From an uncultured Candidatus Saccharibacteria bacterium (GTDB lineage Bacteria > Patescibacteriota > Minisyncoccia > Phycocordibacterales > UBA9973): a stretch of DNA of 64,000 bases. How positions within the stretch are numbered: the stretch's first letter is position 1; each line of letters begins with the position of its first letter. The position numbers were made by a program, and so were the translations under genes. Where the stretch lies: positions 319 to 64,318 of the forward strand of contig CAYXTA010000002.1 in NCBI GenBank assembly GCA_964468315.1, written 5' to 3'. A model generated the notes under the pieces. The model saw nothing but the letters and a program-made list of their open reading frames with translations. It ran no database searches and was not told the DNA's origin. Below, in pieces: positions 8,695-18,634 of this stretch.

Positions 8695-10776
8695 TTATTT
8701 TACAAGCCTATCTTTCAAGATTTTAATCTCATCGCGGAGAATTGCGGCGGTTTCGAAGTCGAGTGCTTTTACCGCTTCAGACATTTGACGCTCTTTAAGT
8801 TTTACGAGTTTACTTGGATTTTTTGCAAAAAGCTTTGCATCGAGATTTAGCTCAGCTGATACGGTTTTATCATGCAAGCTATCGAGCTCTTCAGTAATGT
8901 CATGAATTTTCTTTAAAATAGTTTTTGGAGTAATGCCATTTTTTTTGTTATACGCTATCTGTGTTTCTCTTCTTCTGTTCGTCTCCCCCATAGCACGCTC
9001 CATAGAACCAGTAATACTATCTGCGTACAGAATAACTCTACCAGCAACATTTCTAGCTGCACGGCCGATCGTTTGGATGAGCGACGTCTCACTACGAAGA
9101 AATCCTTCTTTGTCAGCATCAAGAATTCCAATCAAAGATACTTCTGGCAAATCGAGTCCTTCACGAAGTAAGTTAACACCAACTAAAATATCGAACTTTC
9201 CTTTTCGAAATTCAGTAAGGATTTTTATACGCTCGATAGTTTTAATATCACTATGAACATATTCTGATTTTATTTTTTTATCTTTGAGATATGCAGATAA
9301 ATCTTCTGCCATTTTCTTGGTGAGTGTCGTCGCTATTACTCGCCCGCCTTTTTTTATTTCAACTTCGGCTTCTTTGATAAAATCCTGCACTTGGCCAGGA
9401 TAAGGCTGAAAATTCTTTTTCTGAGAAAGTCTGGCCGAGCTATTGCGAGGAGAACCGAGGACTTTTGAAGAAGATGAATTTTCGGCAGAACTTTCAGCCA
9501 AAACAGGTCGCACTTCAAGCAATGGATCAATAAGTCCAGTAGGACGGATTATTTGTTCAACGATTTGTTCACTCTCTTTTCTTTCCACTTCAGAAGGTGT
9601 CGCAGAAACATAAATAACTTGCCCAATTCTTTTTTCAAATTCATCATACTTAAGTGGGCGATTATCTTTCGCACTTGGTAATCGAAAACCGTGTTCGACG
9701 AGTGTATTTTTTCTTGAAGCATCACCTGCATACATACCTCTTACCTGCGGAAGGGTTACGTGTGATTCGTCTATAATAGTTAGGAAATCTTTTCCAAAAT
9801 ATGAAATCAATGTCTCTGGTGCTTCACCAGGTTTTTTACCTGAAAGAATTCTAGAATAATTTTCTATACCAGAACAATAACCAACTTCACGAAGCATCGC
9901 TATGTCATACATTGTTCTTCTCTTAATACGCTCAGCTTCCAAAAGTTTCCCTTCTTTATCAAATTTTTTAAGTTGAATATTCAACTCTTGTTTTATATCT
10001 TTAATAGCTTTTTCTAATTTCTTTTTATTTGTAATGAAATGTTTTGCTGGAAAAATAAAAATACTTTTTTCTTCATCTAAAATTTTTGAACTCACTGGGT
10101 CAATTTTCAAAATCCTTTCCACTTTATCACCAAATTCAACATTATAAACAAAAGTATCAGCAACAGGCATTATCTCAACTTTGCTTCCCATTGCACGAAA
10201 AGTACCCGGAGTGAGGTCTGCATTTGTACGTTCAAAATGCATTTTTATAAGTCTGGTCAATAAATCTGTTCTTGTGACTTTATCTCCTTTTGCAATCTGT
10301 AAATTCTCTTCTTGGTATTCTTCTGGACTTCCTAAACCATAAATACAAGAAACTGAAGCAACGATAATAACATCTTTGCGAGTAAGTAATGCTTGAGTAC
10401 TAGCGTGACGCAAACGATCTATCTCTTTATTTATCTGTGCATCTTTTTCTATAAAAGTATCTGTAGTAGGCATATATGCTTCCGGCTGATAATAGTCGTA
10501 ATATGAAACAAAATAATGCACAGCATTTTCTGGAAAGAATGCGCGGAATTCTTGCGCAAGTTGAGCTGCGAGAGTTTTATTGTGAGCAATTACTAAAGTT
10601 GGTTTATTTATTTTTTGTATAACATTTGCGATGGTGAATGTTTTACCACTTCCTGTCACACCCAAAAGTGTCTGCTTGTGCATACCTTTTTTCAAACCAT
10701 CAAGCAAACTTTTTATTGCCTTTGGTTGGTCACCTGCTGGTTCAAATGGAAGTTTTAAATCAAATGTATTTTTCAT
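8695..10776 (-). CDS. uvrB: Excinuclease ABC subunit B.
   Basis: 693 aa with Walker A 'GVTGSGKTF', helicase motifs, a C-terminal UvrB/UvrC interaction region 'EAVKALDFETAAILRDEI' and the 'PTGLIDPLLEVRPV' motif. It carries a roughly 30-aa insertion right after EVRPV that includes the GC-rich element. Confidence 0.95.
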   Translation of the reverse strand: MKNTFDLKLPFEPAGDQPKAIKSLLDGLKKGMHKQTLLGVTGSGKTFTIANVIQKINKPTLVIAHNKTLAAQLAQEFRAFFPENAVHYFVSYYDYYQPEAYMPTTDTFIEKDAQINKEIDRLRHASTQALLTRKDVIIVASVSCIYGLGSPEEYQEENLQIAKGDKVTRTDLLTRLIKMHFERTNADLTPGTFRAMGSKVEIMPVADTFVYNVEFGDKVERILKIDPVSSKILDEEKSIFIFPAKHFITNKKKLEKAIKDIKQELNIQLKKFDKEGKLLEAERIKRRTMYDIAMLREVGYCSGIENYSRILSGKKPGEAPETLISYFGKDFLTIIDESHVTLPQVRGMYAGDASRKNTLVEHGFRLPSAKDNRPLKYDEFEKRIGQVIYVSATPSEVERKESEQIVEQIIRPTGLIDPLLEVRPVLAESSAENSSSSKVLGSPRNSSARLSQKKNFQPYPGQVQDFIKEAEVEIKKGGRVIATTLTKKMAEDLSAYLKDKKIKSEYVHSDIKTIERIKILTEFRKGKFDILVGVNLLREGLDLPEVSLIGILDADKEGFLRSETSLIQTIGRAARNVAGRVILYADSITGSMERAMGETNRRRETQIAYNKKNGITPKTILKKIHDITEELDSLHDKTVSAELNLDAKLFAKNPSKLVKLKERQMSEAVKALDFETAAILRDEIKILKDRLVK
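9428..9463 (+). repeat. GC-rich repeat element copy 2 (subtype B), in frame inside uvrB.
   Basis: agtctggccgagctattgcgaggagaaccgaggact. It shares gtctggccgagc...gaggagaaccgaRgac with the smc copy. It encodes ...LGSPRNSSARLSQ.... Confidence 0.6.
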
Positions 10777-10867
10777 CGAACATATAGTATAACAAAATTT
10801 AAAACCATTGACAAATAAGGATTTTATATGCTATATTTTGTATAAATAAACCTTAAAAACTTAAGAA

Positions 10868-11443
10868 ATGAAAAAAATAATTCTCTTTATCGTACTTGGG
10901 ATATATTCCATTACGACAAACGCGCAATTAATAAATGCGTATAATCCTACTGACACCGTAAAGCTCAACGAGATGATGTTAAACAACTACAACTCAAATC
11001 TTTATGGGGATGTACAAAAAATCAAATTACCAAACAAAGGGAAAAGGGGTTTTAAAAAAATAAACATATTAAAAATAAAGAAAGATAGTACTGTATTCGA
11101 AACCTTTCTTACTATAGACGAGATTACTCAAGCAAACAGAGAAAGATTGAATCAAGGTTATACTACAATAAAATTTGAAACTACAGCAAAAGCTACTATC
11201 TATGAATTAAAAGAATTGCCTGATTTTTATTATGTTGAAATCAAAGCGAGCACAAATGCCAAAGCCTACAATATTGCTTTTAGTAAAGATAAAGAAAATG
11301 TATATCAAAAAGATTCTTGGAGAAAAGGATTTATACGAAAAGTAGATATTGAAAATAGTAAAACTTTTCCCGGATTATATAACAATTTACTTGGGCTAAA
11401 AGTTAAAACAGAATTATTTAATACATGGCTAATAACAAATTAG
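10868..11443 (+). CDS. Hypothetical secreted protein.
   Basis: 191 aa with an N-terminal signal-peptide-like 'MKKIILFIVLGIYSITTNAQ'. No recognisable domain. Confidence 0.55.
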   Translation: MKKIILFIVLGIYSITTNAQLINAYNPTDTVKLNEMMLNNYNSNLYGDVQKIKLPNKGKRGFKKINILKIKKDSTVFETFLTIDEITQANRERLNQGYTTIKFETTAKATIYELKELPDFYYVEIKASTNAKAYNIAFSKDKENVYQKDSWRKGFIRKVDIENSKTFPGLYNNLLGLKVKTELFNTWLITN

Positions 11444-11449
11444 CAACAA

Positions 11450-11486
11450 AAAAACTTCCACTATATTGTGGAAGTTTTTTATTTTT
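11450..11486. terminator. Bidirectional hairpin terminator.
   Basis: aaacttccac-tatatt-gtggaagttt followed by a T-run. It sits between convergent genes 10868..11443 (+) and 11486..11821 (-). Confidence 0.55.
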
Positions 11487-11821
11487 TACAAATACATTTC
11501 ATCACGAATTTTTGTAAGCTCTGCGATGATTTTATCATCAGTGATTTTTTTAAAGCGCTCAGGAATTATCTTCCCGTCTTTTTCAAAATCTTTATCCATA
11601 AACATGGATACTTTACGAAGATCCCAATGCTTGCCAGCCTGATACACCACTTGGTTGTAGATAGGCCGATACATGACCTTTGCAGATGCTTCCAAGCCAT
11701 CGATTTCAGTATCATGACCTATTCCCATTACTTCGTAGGCGTGATCATTTATCCCCTGTTGAGGGTCATGCTTGTAATGATAATAAAATCCATTTTCGGG
11801 ATAAATTAGTTGTGTTTCCAT
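11486..11821 (-). CDS. DUF1653-like small protein.
   Basis: 111 aa. 'YYHYKHDPQQ...YEVMGIGHDTE...VMYRPIY' resembles the conserved core of DUF1653. Confidence 0.5.
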   Translation of the reverse strand: METQLIYPENGFYYHYKHDPQQGINDHAYEVMGIGHDTEIDGLEASAKVMYRPIYNQVVYQAGKHWDLRKVSMFMDKDFEKDGKIIPERFKKITDDKIIAELTKIRDEMYL

Positions 11822-11855
11822 AGGTTTATATTTTAATGTATTTTTTCCTATTATA

Positions 11856-13133
11856 CTATGCTTTATAATTTTTCAAAAACTCTTCTTTAAATTCAAAAAA
11901 AGTATCATCAAGTATTGTTTGGCGAATTTTAGCAACAAGAGAAACGATGAAATGAAGATTGTGTATTGAAGCAAGTGTACCAGCGAGCATTTCTTTGCCA
12001 TGAAAAAGATGTGCTATATATGCACGAGTATAATTTTTACAACTATAACATTCACAATCATTTTCAACTGGGGAAAAATCTTCTCTATATTTTGCATTCG
12101 TAATAATAATCTTCCCTGTTTTTGTATATAAAGTTCCATTTCTACCAAGTCGTGTAGGTAAGACGCAGTCGAAAAGATCTACACCGTTTTCAATACCCAT
12201 AAAAAGATCTTCCGGTTCACCAATACCGAGCAAGTGCCGTGGCTTTTCTTCCGGCAAAATTTCATTTACCCATTTCACAGCAGTAGACATATCTTCTTTT
12301 GCGAAAGATCCACCAATACCAAAACCATCAAAACTTTTTCCATCTACATTCATTTCAGAAATTATTTTTGCGGATTTTTTTCTTAAATTCTCTTCCCTAC
12401 CACCCTGTACTATTCCAAATAAAGCTTGTTCAAGATGCGAAATTTGTTCAGACGAATGGTCTGGCTGACTTCCCCCGAGGACCTGAGTGTGAGCAAATTT
12501 CGCATCTTCTAATTTTTTATGTTCTTCTAAACATCTTTTCGCCCATGCATGAGTACGATCAAGTGCTTCTTCTTGATATTTCACATCTTCGGCTGGTGAA
12601 GTACATTCATCAAAAGCAAAAATAATATCTGCACCAAGATTGTGTTGGATTTGAATTGATTTCTCTGGAGTAATGTAATGAATAGATCCATCTAAATGTG
12701 ATTTAAAAGAAACTCCATCTTGCCCAATCTTTGCTAGACGAGGTGCATCAGAATCATCAAATCTTTCTGGAATCATAAGTGAAGGATCAGTAATTTTTAA
12801 AACTTTCGACATATCTTTGCCATAAGCAGCACCGAGTGAGAATACTTGAAACCCTCCACTATCAGTCATAGTAGGACCAGACCAATTCATAAATTTTCCT
12901 AAGCCTCCAGCTTTTGCCACAATTTCATCTCCTGGTTGTAAAAATAAATGATAAGTATTTGCAAGTACAACTTGAGCAGAAGCATTTAAAACTTGTTCTG
13001 GGTTTAATGATTTCACAGTTGCTTTTGTTCCTACAGTAACAAAAGCCGGAGTCTGTATATCTCCATGAGGAGTACTTAGAATTCCGACTCTACCCAAACT
13101 ATTTTTTAATTTTTTTTCTATTTTAAAATTCAC
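11856..13133 (-). CDS. tgt: Queuine tRNA-ribosyltransferase.
   Basis: 425 aa. 'LGRVGILSTPHGDIQTPAFVTVGT' and 'ALFGIVQGG' are present, with C-terminal Zn ligands 'CECYSC...H'. It contains an in-frame GC-rich element (12457..12487) just upstream of ALFGIVQGG. Confidence 0.9.
   Translation of the reverse strand: MNFKIEKKLKNSLGRVGILSTPHGDIQTPAFVTVGTKATVKSLNPEQVLNASAQVVLANTYHLFLQPGDEIVAKAGGLGKFMNWSGPTMTDSGGFQVFSLGAAYGKDMSKVLKITDPSLMIPERFDDSDAPRLAKIGQDGVSFKSHLDGSIHYITPEKSIQIQHNLGADIIFAFDECTSPAEDVKYQEEALDRTHAWAKRCLEEHKKLEDAKFAHTQVLGGSQPDHSSEQISHLEQALFGIVQGGREENLRKKSAKIISEMNVDGKSFDGFGIGGSFAKEDMSTAVKWVNEILPEEKPRHLLGIGEPEDLFMGIENGVDLFDCVLPTRLGRNGTLYTKTGKIIITNAKYREDFSPVENDCECYSCKNYTRAYIAHLFHGKEMLAGTLASIHNLHFIVSLVAKIRQTILDDTFFEFKEEFLKNYKA
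12457..12487 (+). repeat. GC-rich repeat element copy 3 (subtype A), in frame inside tgt.
   Basis: tggtctggctgacttcccccgaggacctgag. It encodes ...GGSQPDHSSEQ.... Confidence 0.6.
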
Positions 13134-13136
13134 TTT

Positions 13137-13940
13137 TTATATTTCTATTTGTACAAATTTTAATTCACTAATATTTACAGGGCTCACAAGTAATGCTTTT
13201 TGGAAAGAATCTCTAGGATCAGAAATAATGTCTTCCACAACTCCAAATATATAATTATGTATTCCAGGCAAATCCACTTCTGCACCTTTTGCAATTACAA
13301 AATCTCTTGGCATAGCGAGTTCAAAATTTCCTCCACCACGACCTACAGCTTGTACAAAAGTATCACGTCCAGAAACAACAACTTCGGTTTTTTCTCCAGA
13401 ACCTGAATACAAAACAACTTTTGATGTTTTAGAATATACTTCTGAAATTCTACCAATAGGAATATTACCCAAAGCAAAAACACGAGAACCGACTTTCACA
13501 CCATCACTCTCCCCTAAATCAATAATTAAACTTCCATACAAAGATTGATTTGTTTGTGACAAAATCCCAGCTAAAATAAATTTACTATTTTCATTTTTTC
13601 TTCCTAAAATTTCTTTTAATTTAATATTTTCATTTACCACAGAAGAATAATTTGCTCTGTCAGCTTCACTTTGTAATATTTGATTTTTTAAATTTTCATT
13701 TTCTTTCAATAAAGATTTTTTAGAAACAAAAAAAGATTTTGTTGAATATATACTATTTCCTAGAGAATTACCTAAAACAACAATAGGCCTAAAAACAAAA
13801 TGACTTGCTTTAGAAAGTCCTGTAAAAATTAAATTTCTACTTAAAAACAATAAAGCTACAATTAAAAATATTATTAAATAATTTAAAAACTTTCTTCTTT
13901 TTAATTTTTTATCTAGGAGGTAGCTCATCTTGATTACCAA
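13137..13940 (-). CDS. mreC: Rod-shape-determining protein MreC.
   Basis: 267 aa with an N-terminal TM, a coiled-coil segment, then the Gly-rich beta domains typical of MreC ('DLGESDGVKVGSRV', 'GRGGGNFEL'). It sits immediately downstream of mreB. Confidence 0.75.
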   Translation of the reverse strand: MVIKMSYLLDKKLKRRKFLNYLIIFLIVALLFLSRNLIFTGLSKASHFVFRPIVVLGNSLGNSIYSTKSFFVSKKSLLKENENLKNQILQSEADRANYSSVVNENIKLKEILGRKNENSKFILAGILSQTNQSLYGSLIIDLGESDGVKVGSRVFALGNIPIGRISEVYSKTSKVVLYSGSGEKTEVVVSGRDTFVQAVGRGGGNFELAMPRDFVIAKGAEVDLPGIHNYIFGVVEDIISDPRDSFQKALLVSPVNISELKFVQIEI

Positions 13941-14955
13941 TTAAAACTTCTTTATAAGATTCAATATCGTCCAATATAATACCTGTACCACGAGCTACAG
14001 CTGAAAGTGGATCTTCAACTACATAAACAGGTATCTTTAAAGTATGTTGCAATAAATCATCTAACCCATGAAGTAATGCTCCTCCACCTGAAAGTACAAT
14101 ACCTCCACGCATAATATCAGAAAGGATTTCTGGCGGGGTAGTTTCTAATACATCTTTTACTCCGTCCACAAGCCCTGCCACAGAAAGAGCGATAGCTTCA
14201 CGAATATCAGAATCAGTAACGACTACTTCACGAGGTAATCCAGTCAAAATATCTCTTCCACGAATTGCACTCTCCATGTATTCACCCGATGTAGCTGATC
14301 CTATAGCTATCTTCACACTCTCTGCAGTTTTCTCACCAATTAAAATTTTAAATTCATCACGCATATAAGTAATTATGTCATTATTCAATCTATCTCCTGC
14401 AATTTTCAAATTTCTTGATTTTACAATTCCACCTAAAGATATAACTGCGACATCAGTAGTACCTCCACCAATATCTACAATCATAGAACCAACTGCATCT
14501 TTTACAGGAAGACGAATACCGATAGCTGCAGCCATAGGCTCTTCTACTAGATACACTTCTCTTGCACCTGCAGACTTTGCTGCATCATACACAGCACGAG
14601 TTTCTACGTTTGTAGTTCCAGAAGGAACACCGATAACAACTCTTGGACGCACAAATTTCTTTACCATTTTGTCAGCTTTATTTATGAGATATGAAAGCAT
14701 CTCTTCTGTAACTTCAAAATCGGAAATAACTCCATCCACAAGAGGACGGACAGCTTTTATGTGTCCAGGTGTACGGCCAAGCATTTGTTTAGCTTGTGCT
14801 CCTACGGCAAGAATTTGATTTGTCTTCACGTTTACAGCAACAACAGAAGGCTCATTTATCACAATACCTTGCCCTTTCAAATACACCAGCGTATTTGCTG
14901 TGCCAAGATCGATACCAATATCATTTGAAAATAATTTATAAAATTTTTTAAACAT
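13909..14955 (-). CDS. mreB: Actin-like rod-shape protein MreB.
   Basis: 348 aa. 'IGIDLGTANTLVY' and the phosphate/adenosine motifs are present ('DIGGGTTDVAVIS', 'LSGGGALL'). Confidence 0.9.
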   Translation of the reverse strand: MFKKFYKLFSNDIGIDLGTANTLVYLKGQGIVINEPSVVAVNVKTNQILAVGAQAKQMLGRTPGHIKAVRPLVDGVISDFEVTEEMLSYLINKADKMVKKFVRPRVVIGVPSGTTNVETRAVYDAAKSAGAREVYLVEEPMAAAIGIRLPVKDAVGSMIVDIGGGTTDVAVISLGGIVKSRNLKIAGDRLNNDIITYMRDEFKILIGEKTAESVKIAIGSATSGEYMESAIRGRDILTGLPREVVVTDSDIREAIALSVAGLVDGVKDVLETTPPEILSDIMRGGIVLSGGGALLHGLDDLLQHTLKIPVYVVEDPLSAVARGTGIILDDIESYKEVLIGNQDELPPR

Positions 14956-14960
14956 AATTA

Positions 14961-16235
14961 CTATTCGTTACCTGTCATTTTTAATAATTCCAACAATTCT
15001 GTAAGAGAAACAACTTTTCCTTTTTCCTCTGTTCTTTTTTTAATTTCAATACCACCTTCTTTTAGGCTTCTTTCAGAAACAACAGCTCTATAAGGAATTC
15101 CTAATAAATCAGAATCTGCAAATTTTTCTCCTGCAAGCATTCCACTTCTATCATCAAAGATAACTTCAATACCAGCTTTTACTAAACTTTCATACACATT
15201 ATCAGCTTCTTTCAAGACAGCTTCACTTTCACCTAAAGAAAGTAATTGAATTTTAAAAGGAGCAATACTTTCAGGCCATATAATACCCTTATCGTCTGAA
15301 AGTACTTCTACTACTGTACCCATAAGACGAGTCAGGCCAATACCATAAGAACCCATTATTACTAAATTTTCTTCATTGTTTTCATTTTTGAATTTCAAAT
15401 CAAAAGGAGCTGAGAATTTTGTACCCAATGAAAAAATATTACCGACTTCTATAGATTTCCTTTCAACTAATTTTTCTTTTTCTAAATTTAAATCTTTTAA
15501 AACTTCATCTGTAAATACTTCTTGATTTACAGCAACAGAAGTTTCTTCGTTTATATATATAGTATCTTCTCCAGCAGAAGTAACTGTTTGAAATTCATGA
15601 GAAAATTTTGAAAAAGTTCCACCTGAAGCAAAAGTAATATATGTAAGATGTCCAATTCCAACTTTTTGGAAAATATTTTTATAAGCAATTTTAGCTTTTT
15701 CGTAAAATTCATTATGCTCATTTTCATCTTTAGAAAAAGAATATAATGCTTTCCAATAAAACTCTCTACCTCTTAAAATGCCGGATTTACTTCTAGTTTC
15801 ATTTCTGAAAATATTTTTAAAATCATAAACATATACAGGTAAATCTTTATATGAATTTACATATTGTTTTAAAATATTTGAGTGAGCTTCTTCGTTTGTA
15901 AAAGACAAGCCGACTTCTCCTCCGTTTTTTAATTTTGTTTTAAACCAATTATCTACAATTTCATCATCCCATCTATTAGTTTTTTCCCAAACTTCTTTTG
16001 ATTGCATTACAGAAGTCTTCATCTCAATACCACCGATCATGTCCATTTCATCTCGTACTATTTGTTCTATCTTTTTTAAAACTCTTACACCTAAAGGCAA
16101 AAAACTGTAAACTCCCGCCATTTCTTTATGTATAAAACCACCACGGATCAAAAGTTCAGCGTTTTTTGAAACTTCGTCTGCTGGAGCTTCTTTCCTTGTT
16201 TTAGTAAAAAGTTTTGTTTGTCTCATATATCCCAT
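14961..16235 (-). CDS. proS: Proline--tRNA ligase, short form lacking the INS editing domain.
   Basis: 424 aa. The N-terminus 'MRQTKLFTKTRKEAPADEVSKNAELLIRGGFI' is classic bacterial ProRS, followed by a class II core and an anticodon-binding domain. Confidence 0.85.
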   Translation of the reverse strand: MGYMRQTKLFTKTRKEAPADEVSKNAELLIRGGFIHKEMAGVYSFLPLGVRVLKKIEQIVRDEMDMIGGIEMKTSVMQSKEVWEKTNRWDDEIVDNWFKTKLKNGGEVGLSFTNEEAHSNILKQYVNSYKDLPVYVYDFKNIFRNETRSKSGILRGREFYWKALYSFSKDENEHNEFYEKAKIAYKNIFQKVGIGHLTYITFASGGTFSKFSHEFQTVTSAGEDTIYINEETSVAVNQEVFTDEVLKDLNLEKEKLVERKSIEVGNIFSLGTKFSAPFDLKFKNENNEENLVIMGSYGIGLTRLMGTVVEVLSDDKGIIWPESIAPFKIQLLSLGESEAVLKEADNVYESLVKAGIEVIFDDRSGMLAGEKFADSDLLGIPYRAVVSERSLKEGGIEIKKRTEEKGKVVSLTELLELLKMTGNE

Positions 16236-16275
16236 ACTACCCTAAAAACTTAGGCTTTGCAAAAGCTTATGAAAT

Positions 16276-16304
16276 TTGCAAATAATTAAAATTATTGCTA
16301 TTAT
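16276..16304 (+). promoter_or_regulatory. Candidate sigma70-like promoter for rpsB-tsf.
   Basis: TTGCAA (16276-81), a 17-nt spacer, then TATTAT (16299-304), about 105 nt upstream of the rpsB ATG. The AT-rich background makes this weak evidence. Confidence 0.25.
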
Positions 16305-16410
16305 ATAAACACCTGTCTAGAGATGGGTTTTTAATTTCTAGATGAAAAATAAGCATTAAAAGGCTTGTTTAAGTCGCAAGGTAAGATTATTAATTATAAA
16401 TTATATATAC

Positions 16411-17118
16411 ATGTCAAAAAACGAAACAGTTACAATAGATAAAATGTTCGAAGCAGGAGCCCAATACGGCTACTCAAAAACAAGAAGACATCCTTCAGTT
16501 TCTTCTTATATTTTTACTACAAAAGCTAAAACAGATATCATAGACCTAGAGAAAACAGAAAAAATGCTTGCTGATGCTTGTGCATACGTAAAAGACCTTG
16601 GTGCTCGAAACAAGACTATTCTTTTTGTTGGTACAAAACCTGAAGCTCGTGAAGCTATCAAGATGTCTGCAGAATCTATCAATATGCCATACGTTATCGA
16701 AAGATGGATCGGTGGAGCTATCAGTAATTTTAGTGAAATCAAAAAAAGAATAGCTGAACTTGAAAATTACAAAGTTGAAAACGAAAAAGGTGAACTACAA
16801 AAATACACAAAGAAAGAAAGACTCGTTCTCGCTAAAAAAATGGAAAAATTAGATAAATATTATTCTGGTATGCTTGGTATCAAAAAAATACCAGATGCTA
16901 TGTTTATAATTGATGCTAAAAAAGAAGCTATTGCTGCTACAGAAGCTCGTAAATCAAATCTTCCAGTTATTGCCCTTACAAATACTGACTCAAACATAAA
17001 AGAACTATCTTTTGCTGTCGTTGCAAATGATGCTTCAAGAAACAGTATCAATGTCTTTGTTAAAGCTATAGCTGATGCTTACAAGCAAGGACAAATGTCA
17101 GTTGCTGATAAAAATTAA
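16411..17118 (+). CDS. rpsB: 30S ribosomal protein S2.
   Basis: 235 aa with S2 family sequence throughout and conserved rpsB-tsf synteny. Confidence 0.9.
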   Translation: MSKNETVTIDKMFEAGAQYGYSKTRRHPSVSSYIFTTKAKTDIIDLEKTEKMLADACAYVKDLGARNKTILFVGTKPEAREAIKMSAESINMPYVIERWIGGAISNFSEIKKRIAELENYKVENEKGELQKYTKKERLVLAKKMEKLDKYYSGMLGIKKIPDAMFIIDAKKEAIAATEARKSNLPVIALTNTDSNIKELSFAVVANDASRNSINVFVKAIADAYKQGQMSVADKN

Positions 17119-17126
17119 AAATAACA

Positions 17127-17206
17127 AACTCATTATGGGTTTTGTTTTTTAAGTGGTCTGGTGATTTCCCCCGAGGACCCGAAAAAAATAGAACCCATAA
17201 TGAGTT
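17127..17206. repeat. Intergenic inverted repeat, probably the rpsB-tsf terminator/attenuator, split by a GC-rich element.
   Basis: Perfect 15-bp arms aactcattatgggtt (17127-41) and aacccataatgagtt (17192-206). They extend imperfectly by about 10 nt of T/A-run. The 50-nt spacer contains element copy 4. Confidence 0.6.
17154..17182 (+). repeat. GC-rich repeat element copy 4 (subtype A), intergenic.
   Basis: tggtctggtgatttcccccgaggacccga, centred in the loop of the rpsB-tsf palindrome. Confidence 0.6.
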
Positions 17207-17215
17207 CAAAAAAAT

Positions 17216-17992
17216 ATGTCACAAATAACAACAGAACTTGTAAAAGAATTAAGAGATGCTACTGGTGTCTCTGTTATGCAATGTAGAAAAGCTTTAGAAG
17301 AAGCTGAGGGTGATATGGCAAAAGCTGTAGCTATATTAAAAAAATCTAGTGGAGATATAGCTCTAAAGAAAGCTGGACGTGAAGCAAAAGACGGAGCAAT
17401 AGCTGTTGTACAAAAAGACGATAAAGCAATATTACTTGCACTTAATTGTGAGACTGATTTCGTAGCAAAAAACGAAGATTTCACTAACCTTCTTTCTTCC
17501 CTATCACAAAAAGCAATATCTGAAGGAGTGGAAAAAATGAAAACAGAAGCAAAAGATATGATAGATCCTATCATTCAAAAAACTGGTGAAAACATCCAAC
17601 TCGGTGAAACTTACGAAGTAACAGGAAGTACACTAGGATATTATGTACACAATGGTAAATCAGCAGTTATTGTTTCTCTTGAAGGTGGAACAATGGAACT
17701 TGCTAAAGACATAGCTATGCATGTCGCTGCAATGAAACCAGAATATATCACAGCTGACGAAATCACAGAAGAGATGAAAAATACAATGACAGAAATCTTC
17801 CAAAAAGAAGTTGCAAGTATCGATAAACCAGAAGAAATAAAAAATAAAATGCTTGAAGGAAAAATCTCAACATATTTCAAAGAAAAAACTCTCACAGAAC
17901 AACCTTTCATCAAAAATGGCGATGAAACTATTTCAAGTTTGCTTTCAAAAGCAAATGCAAAAATAAAAGAAGTAAAACGCTATTCAATATAG
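17216..17992 (+). CDS. tsf: Elongation factor Ts.
   Basis: 258 aa. The N-terminal UBA-like region reads 'LVKELRDATGVSVMQCRKALEEAEGDMAKAV', followed by the EF-Ts dimerisation core. Confidence 0.9.
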   Translation: MSQITTELVKELRDATGVSVMQCRKALEEAEGDMAKAVAILKKSSGDIALKKAGREAKDGAIAVVQKDDKAILLALNCETDFVAKNEDFTNLLSSLSQKAISEGVEKMKTEAKDMIDPIIQKTGENIQLGETYEVTGSTLGYYVHNGKSAVIVSLEGGTMELAKDIAMHVAAMKPEYITADEITEEMKNTMTEIFQKEVASIDKPEEIKNKMLEGKISTYFKEKTLTEQPFIKNGDETISSLLSKANAKIKEVKRYSI

Positions 17993-18028
17993 CTTGCTAC
18001 TAAGTAGTAATCATAATAAAATATAAAG

Positions 18029-18430
18029 ATGACTCTTGTTTTAATTTTGTTTTTTATAGCACTCATAGGTCTAGTCATTATGATTATGAAAAGGGTTTTT
18101 CTTATTCGTGCTGGATCAAGGATCATTATTAACGATGATCCTTATCTTCCTCCAGTACACGAAGTGCGTCATATTTTTGTAAAAAATACTAGACAATATA
18201 GTTTGATAATTATAAGTATCATATTAAGAACATCAATAAGAACTTATATTTTATTAAGAAGAAAAGGTAGTGAAATTGCTCATAAAATAATAAATAAATA
18301 TAATAAAAGCACATCAAAATTGGGACCAGAAAAAAGAGAAGTTAATCGTTTTTTGAAAGGTATATCTGAATATAAAAATAAAATTAAGAATTTGAAAGAA
18401 AAAATAATAGAGGAAGAGTTAAATTCTTAG
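18029..18430 (+). CDS. Hypothetical small membrane protein.
   Basis: 133 aa with an N-terminal TM helix and a basic, Lys/Arg-rich remainder. No recognisable domain. Confidence 0.4.
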   Translation: MTLVLILFFIALIGLVIMIMKRVFLIRAGSRIIINDDPYLPPVHEVRHIFVKNTRQYSLIIISIILRTSIRTYILLRRKGSEIAHKIINKYNKSTSKLGPEKREVNRFLKGISEYKNKIKNLKEKIIEEELNS

Positions 18431-18510
18431 GGTTGATTTATACAAAAAAAATGCTAGTATGGAATGTAATACCTCTTTGGCTGTTTTGGTAAACGACAAC
18501 AGAATACAAC

Positions 18511-18583
18511 GCCGCTTTAGCTCAGTTGGTAGAGCAACGCTTTTGTAAAGCGAAGGTCCTCGGTTCAAGTCCGAGAAGCGGCT
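18511..18583 (+). tRNA. tRNA-Thr (anticodon TGT).
   Basis: gccgctttagctcagttggtagagc... The acceptor stem is gccgctt/aagcggc, the D-loop agttggtag, the anticodon stem cgct/agcg with loop tttgtaa (anticodon TGT), the T-arm ctcgg-ttcaagt-ccgag, and discriminator T. Confidence 0.8.
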
Positions 18584-18592
18584 CAAGAAAAG

Positions 18593-18633
18593 TAAAAAAA
18601 ACGTAAACAACTTTGTGTGTTTACGTTTTTTTG
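18593..18633. terminator. Bidirectional terminator after tRNA-Thr and after minus-strand gene 18635..19300.
   Basis: A-run, then acgtaaaca...tgtttacgt, then T7. Confidence 0.6.
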
Positions 18634-18634
18634 T

